The notes under the pieces were generated by a model. The model was not told where the DNA came from. It was given only the letters and a program-made list of their open reading frames with translations, and ran no database searches. A stretch of DNA of 27,681 nucleotides. Source: Acidobacteriota bacterium. Lineage in GTDB: Bacteria > Acidobacteriota > HRBIN11 > JAKEFK01. Both the position numbers and the translations under genes were made by a program. The stretch is from positions 1 through 27,681 of the forward strand of contig JBKKAT010000853.1 of NCBI GenBank assembly GCA_046714535.1, in the 5' to 3' direction. Shown piece after piece: positions 1 through 8,088 of this stretch. Each line of letters opens with the position of its first letter. Position 1 is the first letter of the stretch.

Positions 1-861
1 TTCGCTTTCCAGCAAGTCTTCATTGAATGCCGCGCAGTTGATCGATACCAGCGGTTTGGCAGCGCGAGCTCCGTTGTAATGGATATACTTCGCAACGAGC
101 TCTTTGCCCGTTCCGCTTTCTCCTTGAATGAGAACGGTTGCGGCGGTAGGAACAACTTTTTCAAGAATTTTGAAAACCTGTTGCATCGGCGCGGATTTTC
201 CAACAAGATTTTCTAACCCGTAGTGCTTTCCTAATTCGCGCTGTGTGTCCTGTAGCAAGACCTCCATCCCTGCCAGTTTTCCGGATTGCAATTCGACCTT
301 TTGTTGCAACTGACGATTCAGGGAATCGATCTTCTTGTTTTTTTCATCCAATTCTTCAAAGAGCCGCGCGTTCTCAATGGAGATTGCCACATGGTTTGCA
401 AGGCCTTGCATGAATTGAAGTTCATCCTCACGAAGCAACGGAGCAGGGGCAGGGGAAGAGGAATCAATATATAACACTCCCAACAGAGTTGGGTCTCTTT
501 GCTGTGATTGCCAGAGCGGAAGACAAAGGACCGATTGCAGATTCATTGCCCGGACACTGGGAGTCTCGGAAAAATCCTTATTGACCGGAAGCACGGGAAT
601 GTAAACGGATTCTTTTGTTTCCACCACTTTGCGTACGATGCTGGTGGATCCTTTGAAATGATCCGGTTCCAGGTTCTGTTTGTTGCGATCTCGCGCAGAC
701 TTAATGACAAAACCAGACTCATCGCTCTGTAACATCAAAAACCCTCGTTCTGCTTTCGTGATTTCCAGGATGATGTCCAGAAGCGTAGGCATCAGATGAT
801 CCAGATTGCGCTGCGAATTCAATAGAGCCTGAACGTGGGCATGGTTCAGATCAAACGGCAT
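1..861 (-). CDS. GAF-domain sigma-54-dependent transcriptional activator (NtrC/Fis family), 3' end cut off by the window edge
   Basis: Hand translation from ATG at 861 (GGAG upstream) gives MPFDLNHAHVQALL..., a GAF-like segment (ERGFLML...SVLCLPLW...LLGVLYIDS...ANHVAISIENARLF), a coiled coil, then VLIQGESGTGKELVAKYIHY...PLVSINCAAFNEDLLESE (Walker A and start of the sigma-54 AAA+ domain). It is missing from the ORF track because no stop lies in the window. Confidence 0.93.
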   Translation of the reverse strand, partial: MPFDLNHAHVQALLNSQRNLDHLMPTLLDIILEITKAERGFLMLQSDESGFVIKSARDRNKQNLEPDHFKGSTSIVRKVVETKESVYIPVLPVNKDFSETPSVRAMNLQSVLCLPLWQSQQRDPTLLGVLYIDSSSPAPAPLLREDELQFMQGLANHVAISIENARLFEELDEKNKKIDSLNRQLQQKVELQSGKLAGMEVLLQDTQRELGKHYGLENLVGKSAPMQQVFKILEKVVPTAATVLIQGESGTGKELVAKYIHYNGARAAKPLVSINCAAFNEDLLESE

Positions 862-909
862 GCTCCATTATTGCACCATCAGGCGAAATCATAGAAGGGA
901 AGGTTTTGT

Positions 910-926
910 CTGGCATTGGCTTTGCT
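910..926 (+). promoter_or_regulatory. Putative sigma-54 (-24/-12) promoter
   Basis: CTGGCATTGGCTTTGCT matches TGGCA-N6-TTGCW with exact GG-N10-GC spacing (GG 912-913, GC 924-925). It faces away from the sigma-54 activator gene. Predicted +1 is about 937. Confidence 0.55.
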
Positions 927-938
927 CTTTGCGTTGCC

Positions 939-2900
939 ATGAATACAAAGCCAGTTGCCAGTCAAACATTCATTCGATCACGACATGCAGGATCCGCACA
1001 CCGGCATGCGATTCTTGCAACCTTTCTCCTTTTTTTACTTGCAGAATTAGCTGCTGCTGAAGACGTATGGCAAGCGGTCGGACCAGCAGGCGGATCGATT
1101 TCACAAATAATACCTGACCGCGGGCATCCCGGTGTCTGGTATCTTCTCGAATCAAGCGCTGCGGGACTCTACCGTTCCACCGACAACGGAGAAACCTGGA
1201 AATTCACGAAAATCAGGAATGTCCACAACATCCTGGTCCATCCTGCAAGCTCCGAAGTTTTTGTTACGGTTCCCGGCAATAACTGGAACTACTATGCCCT
1301 GCTTTCAAGCACCGATCTCGGTCATACATTCGAAATGCGCTCGCCGGATGCTCCATTCAGGATCTTTGGTCACCCTTCGAATCCAAAAGTTCTATGGGGT
1401 TCGGGAGTGAGTAACTTGTATGACCTTAGTGTCAGCTACGATGGTGGGGAGAACTGGCAGCAATTTCATAATCTGCCTTTCAGGCTTGACAAAGAGTACG
1501 ATCTCGGGGGCTACTCGGGTTATCCCACCTACTATGAACTTCAGTCGGTCCTGGTTTCGCCCCTGGACCCGGAAACCGTTTACATTTCGACTGCTGCGGT
1601 ATTCGACCAGGGATGTGGAGGCGAGTCTATAAGCCTTCATCTAACTTCGAAGAACTCGGGAAGATCGTGGTCCGGCACCGAAGATTATGGAAGCCACATT
1701 TATGATCCGGCATTTCCGGATCGCGCTTTTTTTATCAGCTACGATGAAACCCGGATACTCAGAGAAAGCGGATGGCAACGTTTGAATCGCCTTTCCTTTA
1801 ATGATCTCATCAGCGTTCCAGGCAAACCGAATCTCCTGTATGGGATCAGAAACGGAAAACAATGGATGAGTCGTGACGGAGGAGTGAACTGGTCTTACGT
1901 AACGCTCGGCCCCGGTGGAAAATCGCTCGTGCTGAAGGCGCGCAGTACTCCGGAAGGTTCACTCATCGCAGGAACCGTAGCAGGAATTTACATTGTAGAT
2001 GACAATCAACGCTGGCATCAGGCAAAAAAAGACATCCGCGAGCCCAGCACGATTCGGGATGTGGCCACCGCACCCCGCTCATCCACAGTCTACGCAGTAG
2101 TTGGAAACTATTTCCTTTTTCGTTCACAAAATTCCGGGAAAACATGGAGAAACATCACCGATAACCTGCCGCTTTCCCCAAACTTCATTTATTTGCAAGT
2201 AAACCCGGGCAACCAAAAACACGTATTCGCAACGGTCAATAACAGGATGCTTGTTAGCTTAGACGCCGGAGAAACATGGACGTACGTGCCGGAAAAAGCG
2301 ATTCGCGTATTTTTTAGCCAGGATTCTACACTTTACTTCTCCAGAAATCGTTACAGCCACCTTTTTAAAAGTCTCGATGGCGGAATCACATTGCAGGAGC
2401 TGAAGGCCGAGTACGGATCAAAGCGAACTTCCATCCTTGATCTGGCGGTAGATCGTTTTAACGGAACATTCTATGTTGCTACGGAGCATGGCCTCTACCG
2501 TTCAAACGATCAAGGGACCACGGCGCATCAAATAGCAATAGATCTACTTCCGGATTGCCCCAGATGCCTGGGTTTCAGTCAGATCGTTCCCCTTACCACG
2601 CGGGGCCAGTACCTGGCAGCGACAGAGATCGGACTTGTTAAAACGATCAACGAGGGAATTACGTGGCAGAAACTTTCACAAACAACCGGAAGGATCTATC
2701 CGGTGGATGACTTCGGTCGCCATGTGTTCATGCTATCCGGACGATTGTTGGAAAGTAGGGATGGTGGCCGAAATTTTGAGGACATTACCAGATCGATTGA
2801 TCCGAACCTGGGCCGCTATTCATACGTTCAAGCGATCACCGATCCAGGATTCCGTCCCGTTTACGCTGTAACCGATCTGGGCATGTATCGACTCGATTGA
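939..2900 (+). CDS. Secreted BNR/Asp-box repeat beta-propeller protein (WD40/YVTN-like)
   Basis: Signal-peptide-like segment (ILATFLLFLLAELAAA) and about 11 Asp-box motifs (RSTDNGETW, VSYDGGENW, MSRDGGVNW, RSQNSGKTW, VSLDAGETW, ESRDGGRNF and others). ATG 939 is preferred over TTG 906, which overlaps the sigma-54 motif; the start is uncertain. Confidence 0.85.
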   Translation: MNTKPVASQTFIRSRHAGSAHRHAILATFLLFLLAELAAAEDVWQAVGPAGGSISQIIPDRGHPGVWYLLESSAAGLYRSTDNGETWKFTKIRNVHNILVHPASSEVFVTVPGNNWNYYALLSSTDLGHTFEMRSPDAPFRIFGHPSNPKVLWGSGVSNLYDLSVSYDGGENWQQFHNLPFRLDKEYDLGGYSGYPTYYELQSVLVSPLDPETVYISTAAVFDQGCGGESISLHLTSKNSGRSWSGTEDYGSHIYDPAFPDRAFFISYDETRILRESGWQRLNRLSFNDLISVPGKPNLLYGIRNGKQWMSRDGGVNWSYVTLGPGGKSLVLKARSTPEGSLIAGTVAGIYIVDDNQRWHQAKKDIREPSTIRDVATAPRSSTVYAVVGNYFLFRSQNSGKTWRNITDNLPLSPNFIYLQVNPGNQKHVFATVNNRMLVSLDAGETWTYVPEKAIRVFFSQDSTLYFSRNRYSHLFKSLDGGITLQELKAEYGSKRTSILDLAVDRFNGTFYVATEHGLYRSNDQGTTAHQIAIDLLPDCPRCLGFSQIVPLTTRGQYLAATEIGLVKTINEGITWQKLSQTTGRIYPVDDFGRHVFMLSGRLLESRDGGRNFEDITRSIDPNLGRYSYVQAITDPGFRPVYAVTDLGMYRLD

Positions 2901-2913
2901 CAGGAGAATGGAA

Positions 2914-4971
2914 ATGAAACTTGTACCTGCTTTCACAATTTGCGTATTTCTTGTTTGTTGGAACCTTGCTGCCGATTGTCTCCTGCGCGGAGTCGAGAGC
3001 CTCGAAACAGGAAGCGAGAAAGCCGACATTGCGGTGGCAGATTTTAATCAGGACGGTTTTCCGGATGTTGCCATTGCGGGCGCAGAAGCCCGCGTTGTTC
3101 GAATGTTTTTGAATCAGGGAGACGGAAGCTTTACAGTCTCCAGCGAAAGAAGGCTGAAGAACGATCCATTGCGAATCAGAGCCGCAGATTTTAACGGAGA
3201 CACAATTTCCGATCTGGCAGTTGCGGATTCCCGTGGCATCGTAATCCTGTTCAACAATGGGAGCGGCAGGTTGACGATCGATGGGCGAATTAGAATCCGG
3301 TCACCACTGGCTTTTACTGCCGTAGATTTCAATTCCGATTCAGTTGCGGACCTGGCAGTTCTAACCTCGAACGGTGAAGGCGGCAGACTATCTATATTTC
3401 TAAATGCTCATGGCACATTTACAAAAGCTCAAACGATTGGCATAAAGTCACCACTGGACTTAATCTCAGCACGTTTGGGTGAAGGTCGTTTTAACGATCT
3501 GATTGTCTCAACAGACAGCGGCTCGCTCCTTATTTACAAGGGCTCCGGCACAGGCGCGTTTACGCACTCGTCCGCAGTCGCCGTTGCGCCGGGCGCCGCT
3601 CAGATCAATGCGGCCCTGATTAACGGAGACGATCTTACGGATCTGGTTGTTGCCGGGCGAGACGGTAAAGTGACTGTGCTGCTCGATCAAGGTGGAAATT
3701 CATTCAAGAGAATTGATCTGTCTACGGGATCGGAAATTCGCGGAATCTCGCCGGCCGATTTCAATGACGATGGCCGCATCGACTTGCTGCTGATCAAGAA
3801 AAATTCGCGTGCCGCGCTGTACAACGGGAACGGCAAAGGCTCATTTTCCTACGCGCGCAGTTTTGCGCATGGATTATTCAGCGGTCCGGCTGTTACGGCC
3901 GATGTTAATCATGACAACAAAAGCGACCTGATAGCCGCCGAACCTGGTTCAGCAGGAGTCTATCTGGGAAACGGCAAAAACAATTTCTACATCGGCGCCA
4001 AAAAGATTTCCAAACATGGGGGGAATCTCTTTGCGGGCGATTTCGATGGAGATCACAATGCTGATCTCGTGATCTCGAGAGATGATGGCTCCTTCTTGCT
4101 CAGGGGAAATGGGAATGGCTCCTTTCTTACTCCCGAACCAGCCAATCTGCCTTTGATAGGATTTGCGGCCATTGCAGATCTGAATAAAGATGGCAGAGAC
4201 GATATCGCAGGCTTCAAACAGCGAGACTTCAAGGTATGGCTGAATCGTACAGATGGCGATTTTTTGGAAACCCACATCAGGAGAATGGAGATTGATCCGC
4301 CTGTTCAAGCTCTGGATCTCAACCGGGACGGCTCACTGGATCTGGCTGTCATGGAACCCAACCGGTTAGTGATATTTCTAAATGACGGAACCGGTGGATT
4401 TCAAGATACGAACCTGACGGACTTCATCGCTAGCCAGGGAAGCATGGCTGACTTCAATGGTGACGGAATCGCCGATCTTGCCACAACTCACAGCATCGCC
4501 CACCCAACATACCTGGAAAACCAGCTTACGATTTTTCTTGGGACACCCGACCTGAAGTTTAACGAGCATCTCGTTCTAAAGTTTGTGGGATGTCCGGGTG
4601 CTATTTCATCCGGCGATATCAACGGCGATGCGAAAGCAGACCTCATAGTCGGATCATCCTGTGATGGAAAGCTAACGTTATTCACCGGTGACGGCGCCGG
4701 CGGTTTCTCCCAGTCACACGCGCTTGCGGGAAGCGGTTCCTATGATCCGTTGGTGGCCGATTTAAATGGCGACGGGATGAGTGAGATTATTTCCATCGCA
4801 AGATACCCCGCGAAAGTATCGATTTCTCTTGGACCACAATTCAGCGAGTACAAACTGTTTGGACCGCATTACTGGAATCGTCTTGTTGTTGCTGATTTCA
4901 ACAATGACGGTTATGCGGATGTTGTGGCCTCCGCTCTTGATTCGACTTCATTTTTCGAGAATTGCAAATGA
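2914..4971 (+). CDS. Secreted FG-GAP/VCBS repeat protein
   Basis: Signal peptide and about 12 D(F/L)NxDGxxD(L/V) calcium-blade repeats (ADFNQDGFPDVA, ADFNDDGRIDLL, GDFDGDHNADLV, GDINGDAKADLI and others). AGGAG at 2902-2906 suits ATG 2914 better than 2908. Confidence 0.9.
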   Translation: MKLVPAFTICVFLVCWNLAADCLLRGVESLETGSEKADIAVADFNQDGFPDVAIAGAEARVVRMFLNQGDGSFTVSSERRLKNDPLRIRAADFNGDTISDLAVADSRGIVILFNNGSGRLTIDGRIRIRSPLAFTAVDFNSDSVADLAVLTSNGEGGRLSIFLNAHGTFTKAQTIGIKSPLDLISARLGEGRFNDLIVSTDSGSLLIYKGSGTGAFTHSSAVAVAPGAAQINAALINGDDLTDLVVAGRDGKVTVLLDQGGNSFKRIDLSTGSEIRGISPADFNDDGRIDLLLIKKNSRAALYNGNGKGSFSYARSFAHGLFSGPAVTADVNHDNKSDLIAAEPGSAGVYLGNGKNNFYIGAKKISKHGGNLFAGDFDGDHNADLVISRDDGSFLLRGNGNGSFLTPEPANLPLIGFAAIADLNKDGRDDIAGFKQRDFKVWLNRTDGDFLETHIRRMEIDPPVQALDLNRDGSLDLAVMEPNRLVIFLNDGTGGFQDTNLTDFIASQGSMADFNGDGIADLATTHSIAHPTYLENQLTIFLGTPDLKFNEHLVLKFVGCPGAISSGDINGDAKADLIVGSSCDGKLTLFTGDGAGGFSQSHALAGSGSYDPLVADLNGDGMSEIISIARYPAKVSISLGPQFSEYKLFGPHYWNRLVVADFNNDGYADVVASALDSTSFFENCK

Positions 4972-6551
4972 GACGTAGGATCCGTTTGCTTTTCAGTTGT
5001 CTCATTTTCCTTTTCAACGAGAATGCCCAATCGACTCCTTGCGCGCAGCTTCCAGCAGCGGGAAGTCCCTCGCGTTTGTATAAAGACGGAAGCAGACTGT
5101 GCTGGAATGGAGCGCCGATAAGGATGATCGGCTATGGCACAATCGATCTGGCTACAAGAGACGGATTTGATGCTGCCCGGTTCCTGAACACAATCCGTTT
5201 TGTCGATAAAGGCGATCGGAAAAAAAATCACGGAGTGAATCTCACCAGAATCTGGGCCACAGGAAACGCAAATTCTCACGATTGCTACCATACTCCGAAC
5301 ACACAGGATCCGGACCAACCGCCGATGACGATGCCATTTCAATTTCTGCCGGGAGAGAGTTGTCAGGCCAATCACGTTCGCCCGAAATACGATATGTGCA
5401 TCGGTGATGTGGCTTGTCCTGGTGCTGCCGGCCTCAATCCCGGTTACGTTGCGCGCTTACAACACATCCTTTCGGAAGCGCGAAACAACGGAATTATTGT
5501 GGAGCTTGTGCTGTTTGATGCATATTTCCTTGGTAGAGGTCGTGACGGCAACGCATTGTATGCCAGAAATCCCTGGAATCCGCTGCATAACAACATGGGC
5601 AAGAATCAGTTTCGCCGTTCTGCCGGCAGCGCCACGCTTGCAGCATGCGACAATCTTTATCGCTCCACCGATGAGTCCGATATGGCTGACGATGCGTTTC
5701 CGGAATTCTACGACATCTGTAAAGACACCAGCACAACGGCAAAGTGCGACAAAACCCTCAATTGTCTGGGGCTCATTCAAAAGGCGTATGTGATTTCGAT
5801 GGTGGATCTGGTAAGAAATAATGGGTCTGACAATGTTTTCTTTGAAATCATGAACCGCGCGACGTTTGATAAGCGTGACTCAGCGAAAGAAGGTTTTGAT
5901 CGAACAAAATTCATCAGGTGGAATGACGTTGTAGGTTACTGGATCAAATGCTCCGGCGACAATGATTGCAGCAACACCCCTGGAGATTATCTTGTGTTGG
6001 GTGAAGTAGGGCTCGCACTATACAGTGATCTTGCCTGTTCCGATCGACGCGAATGTCCGAACAACCCCACCGATGTATTCGCAGCGCCCAACATAGATAT
6101 GATCAATATTCAGGGGTATACATGGGATAACATTCCGGATGCGCGGGGACCTTGCGCCACTGCGACCACCGCGCTTTCGAAATTCGAAAAGCCTGTAATC
6201 ATTGACACCGATTCCGCATACAAAAGAGTCAACAAGTGCCGGCTGGCCGAATGGGCATCGCAAATCAAAGCCTGCGGCAATCCGGGTGAAGTGCATCTGA
6301 ACCATCTGGATGGAATGACGTTCGATTATCCTTCGCCGAAGACCTGTAGTTTTAAAGGCAAAGGCTCGTCACGCCTGTATGAAGATTTCGATGAAAAGTA
6401 CCTGGATTGTTTTTCTCTCGACACGATTGCATTCGGCGATCCGACTTTTTTATCGGATGTTGTCACAACAGCCGCTCCGCAATCCTGTCCTCATTCTGTA
6501 GGTTCGGATGGAAGTCCCAAATGGTGCGCCGCCAGATGTAATCAGGAATAA
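4968..6551 (+). CDS. Secreted Cys-rich protein with a probable clan GH-A (GH5-like) TIM-barrel fold and an altered catalytic motif
   Basis: ATGA overlap with the upstream stop and a signal peptide. GH5-like segments: GVNLTRIW, LNPGYVARLQHILSEARNNGIIVELVLFD, NVFFEIMNR, KPVIIDTD. 22 Cys follow the signal peptide. Confidence 0.6.
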   Translation: MRRRIRLLFSCLIFLFNENAQSTPCAQLPAAGSPSRLYKDGSRLCWNGAPIRMIGYGTIDLATRDGFDAARFLNTIRFVDKGDRKKNHGVNLTRIWATGNANSHDCYHTPNTQDPDQPPMTMPFQFLPGESCQANHVRPKYDMCIGDVACPGAAGLNPGYVARLQHILSEARNNGIIVELVLFDAYFLGRGRDGNALYARNPWNPLHNNMGKNQFRRSAGSATLAACDNLYRSTDESDMADDAFPEFYDICKDTSTTAKCDKTLNCLGLIQKAYVISMVDLVRNNGSDNVFFEIMNRATFDKRDSAKEGFDRTKFIRWNDVVGYWIKCSGDNDCSNTPGDYLVLGEVGLALYSDLACSDRRECPNNPTDVFAAPNIDMINIQGYTWDNIPDARGPCATATTALSKFEKPVIIDTDSAYKRVNKCRLAEWASQIKACGNPGEVHLNHLDGMTFDYPSPKTCSFKGKGSSRLYEDFDEKYLDCFSLDTIAFGDPTFLSDVVTTAAPQSCPHSVGSDGSPKWCAARCNQE

Positions 6552-6577
6552 TCGCCTACAGCTCGAGGTCAGCCTTA
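6552..6577. repeat. 26-bp direct repeat, left copy (flanks the TA module)
   Basis: TCGCCTACAGCTCGAGGTCAGCCTTA, 23/26 identical to 7308-7333. Confidence 0.8.
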
Positions 6578-6605
6578 GCCTCCAGGCGAACCTCGAAACA
6601 TGGAA

Positions 6606-6634
6606 TTGCCAGATTTTGGGATGGTTGCTATACT
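6606..6634 (+). promoter_or_regulatory. Sigma-70 promoter of the TA operon
   Basis: TTGCCA-17 bp-TATACT with an extended -10 TG. GATATAcGATATA (6636-6648) follows and may be the RHH operator. Confidence 0.7.
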
Positions 6635-6658
6635 TGATATACGATATAACAACAACTC

Positions 6659-6916
6659 ATGAAACAATTAATTGTCCGAATCGATGAAGAGACGAGAATG
6701 AAGATGACGCGGCTTGCGCGGAGCGAAGGGAAGACTTCTGCCGACGTATTGCGGGATCTAATCCATGGGTATATCCGGGACCGTGATATTTCTGGCTACA
6801 TAGATGATCTGTGGGAACGATCCGGGAAGAAACTGAGAGCGCGCCGTATCGGACAGGCCGGAATGCAGCGCTTGATCCGGCAAGTCCGAAGCGACAAAAA
6901 TGCGAGTCGTGATTGA
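6659..6916 (+). CDS. Ribbon-helix-helix (CopG-like) antitoxin
   Basis: MKQLIVRIDEETRMKMTRLARSEGKTSADVLRDLI fits the RHH pattern; the gene overlaps the downstream PIN gene. Confidence 0.85.
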   Translation: MKQLIVRIDEETRMKMTRLARSEGKTSADVLRDLIHGYIRDRDISGYIDDLWERSGKKLRARRIGQAGMQRLIRQVRSDKNASRD

Positions 6917-7304
6917 TACGAACGTATTCTTTTCTTCCTTTTATGGGGGCAACCCGCGTAAGATCATTGATCTCTGGAAAGAAGGCCGGATCACTCTTTG
7001 CGTTTCAGCGCCGGTTCTGGAGGAATACCTCGAAATTCTGGATCGCGCATTTACTGGAGAGCCGGAGCGTGATGAGCTGGCCGGACTGTTGGAAGGAGGC
7101 TTCCATTCGGTATTTACTGCAAAAGCAGCGAGGATCAATATCGCAAATCTGGATCCGGATAATATAAAGTTTATCGAATGCGCTGTTTCCCTCTCTGCGA
7201 AGTGGATCGTGACCGGCGATCGGGAGCTTCAGGACCTTAAGAAGTACGGTCGTATTCTTATCGGGAGTCCAAAGCAGTTCTTACAGGCATTTCTGGAGTT
7301 GTAA
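6900..7304 (+). CDS. PIN-domain toxin (PIN_3/VapC-like) of a type II TA system
   Basis: MRVVIDTNV...LEEY...DPDNIKFIECAV...IVTGDREL...SPKQFL. Confidence 0.9.
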   Translation: MRVVIDTNVFFSSFYGGNPRKIIDLWKEGRITLCVSAPVLEEYLEILDRAFTGEPERDELAGLLEGGFHSVFTAKAARINIANLDPDNIKFIECAVSLSAKWIVTGDRELQDLKKYGRILIGSPKQFLQAFLEL

Positions 7305-7307
7305 AAC

Positions 7308-7333
7308 TCGCCTACAACTCGAGCTCAGACTTA
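7308..7333. repeat. 26-bp direct repeat, right copy; overlaps the last codons of 7312..8040
   Basis: TCGCCTACAACTCGAGCTCAGACTTA. Confidence 0.8.
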
Positions 7334-8040
7334 CTGCGGCATCCGAAAACGGAACAGCGATCCGTTTCGTTCCAGCAATCCCAATGATGAATGGTCCGGC
7401 ATTCACGGCACGAAACTGACTTTTCCGTTTCTATAATTGGATTTCTGCAGTACGGACATACAGCGTCCCCTTTTTCAGTAGACTCCTTGCGATCTTGATA
7501 GTTCAAAAGAAAGCGGAGAAACGTTATGGATGCTCCCAGCGTTTTAGGCCACTCTTTTAAATCCTCAAGACTTTGGAACGTTTTTGTTCCGCCAACACTG
7601 GTCGATGAAATTTTCAGCGAATCATAGAATTGGAGTCTCTGAATCAGTGCAGGAAGCTCCTTTTGCGCGATCAATCGTTTTGTGATCTCACCAGAGGACT
7701 GAATGATCGTCATGGTCTGTCCGGTAAGAGAACGTTGAATCTTGAATTTAAAAGGCAGTTCAACGAAAAAGAAAATCTGAAATTGATAGCGGAGCGTTTC
7801 CTTCTTCAATTGGATTTGGAACGTGAACAAACGGGAATGACAGGTCCATGTATGATTGTGATAAAAATCCTTGAAGTGATTTCGATCCGGATAGCCCTTC
7901 AGGCTTGTGTCTATGAAATGAAATAGTTTTTCGAAAACCGGATCGATTTCGTCTGGTTTTGTCTGAGGCTCAATAGAACTAGCTAAGTAGACGAATAAGG
8001 AAAGTATGGCTGCAATCAGAATGATAAAAAGCAATACCAT
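7312..8040 (-). CDS. N-terminally membrane-anchored protein with a C-terminal prokaryotic RING-like (Prok-RING_1-type) zinc finger
   Basis: N-terminal hydrophobic helix; C-terminal CPYC-x12-CREC-x4-H-x2-C-x6-C-x4-C. Confidence 0.75.
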   Translation of the reverse strand: MVLLFIILIAAILSLFVYLASSIEPQTKPDEIDPVFEKLFHFIDTSLKGYPDRNHFKDFYHNHTWTCHSRLFTFQIQLKKETLRYQFQIFFFVELPFKFKIQRSLTGQTMTIIQSSGEITKRLIAQKELPALIQRLQFYDSLKISSTSVGGTKTFQSLEDLKEWPKTLGASITFLRFLLNYQDRKESTEKGDAVCPYCRNPIIETEKSVSCRECRTIHHWDCWNETDRCSVFGCRSKSELEL

Positions 8041-8061
8041 GGATTTTCTAATCGTCGCTGG

Positions 8062-8085
8062 GCGGGCGAGGCGCCCGCACCTCCA
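8062..8085. repeat. REP-like GC-rich palindrome
   Basis: Intergenic GCGGGCG-AGG-CGCCCGC followed by ACCTCCA; related copies at 25641 and 25668. Confidence 0.65.
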
Positions 8086-8088
8086 CGA

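Noticed and set aside
6552-7333. Integron cassette with attC sites
   Set aside because: The repeats lack RYYYAAC/GTTRRRY ends and attC-type symmetry, and there is no integrase.
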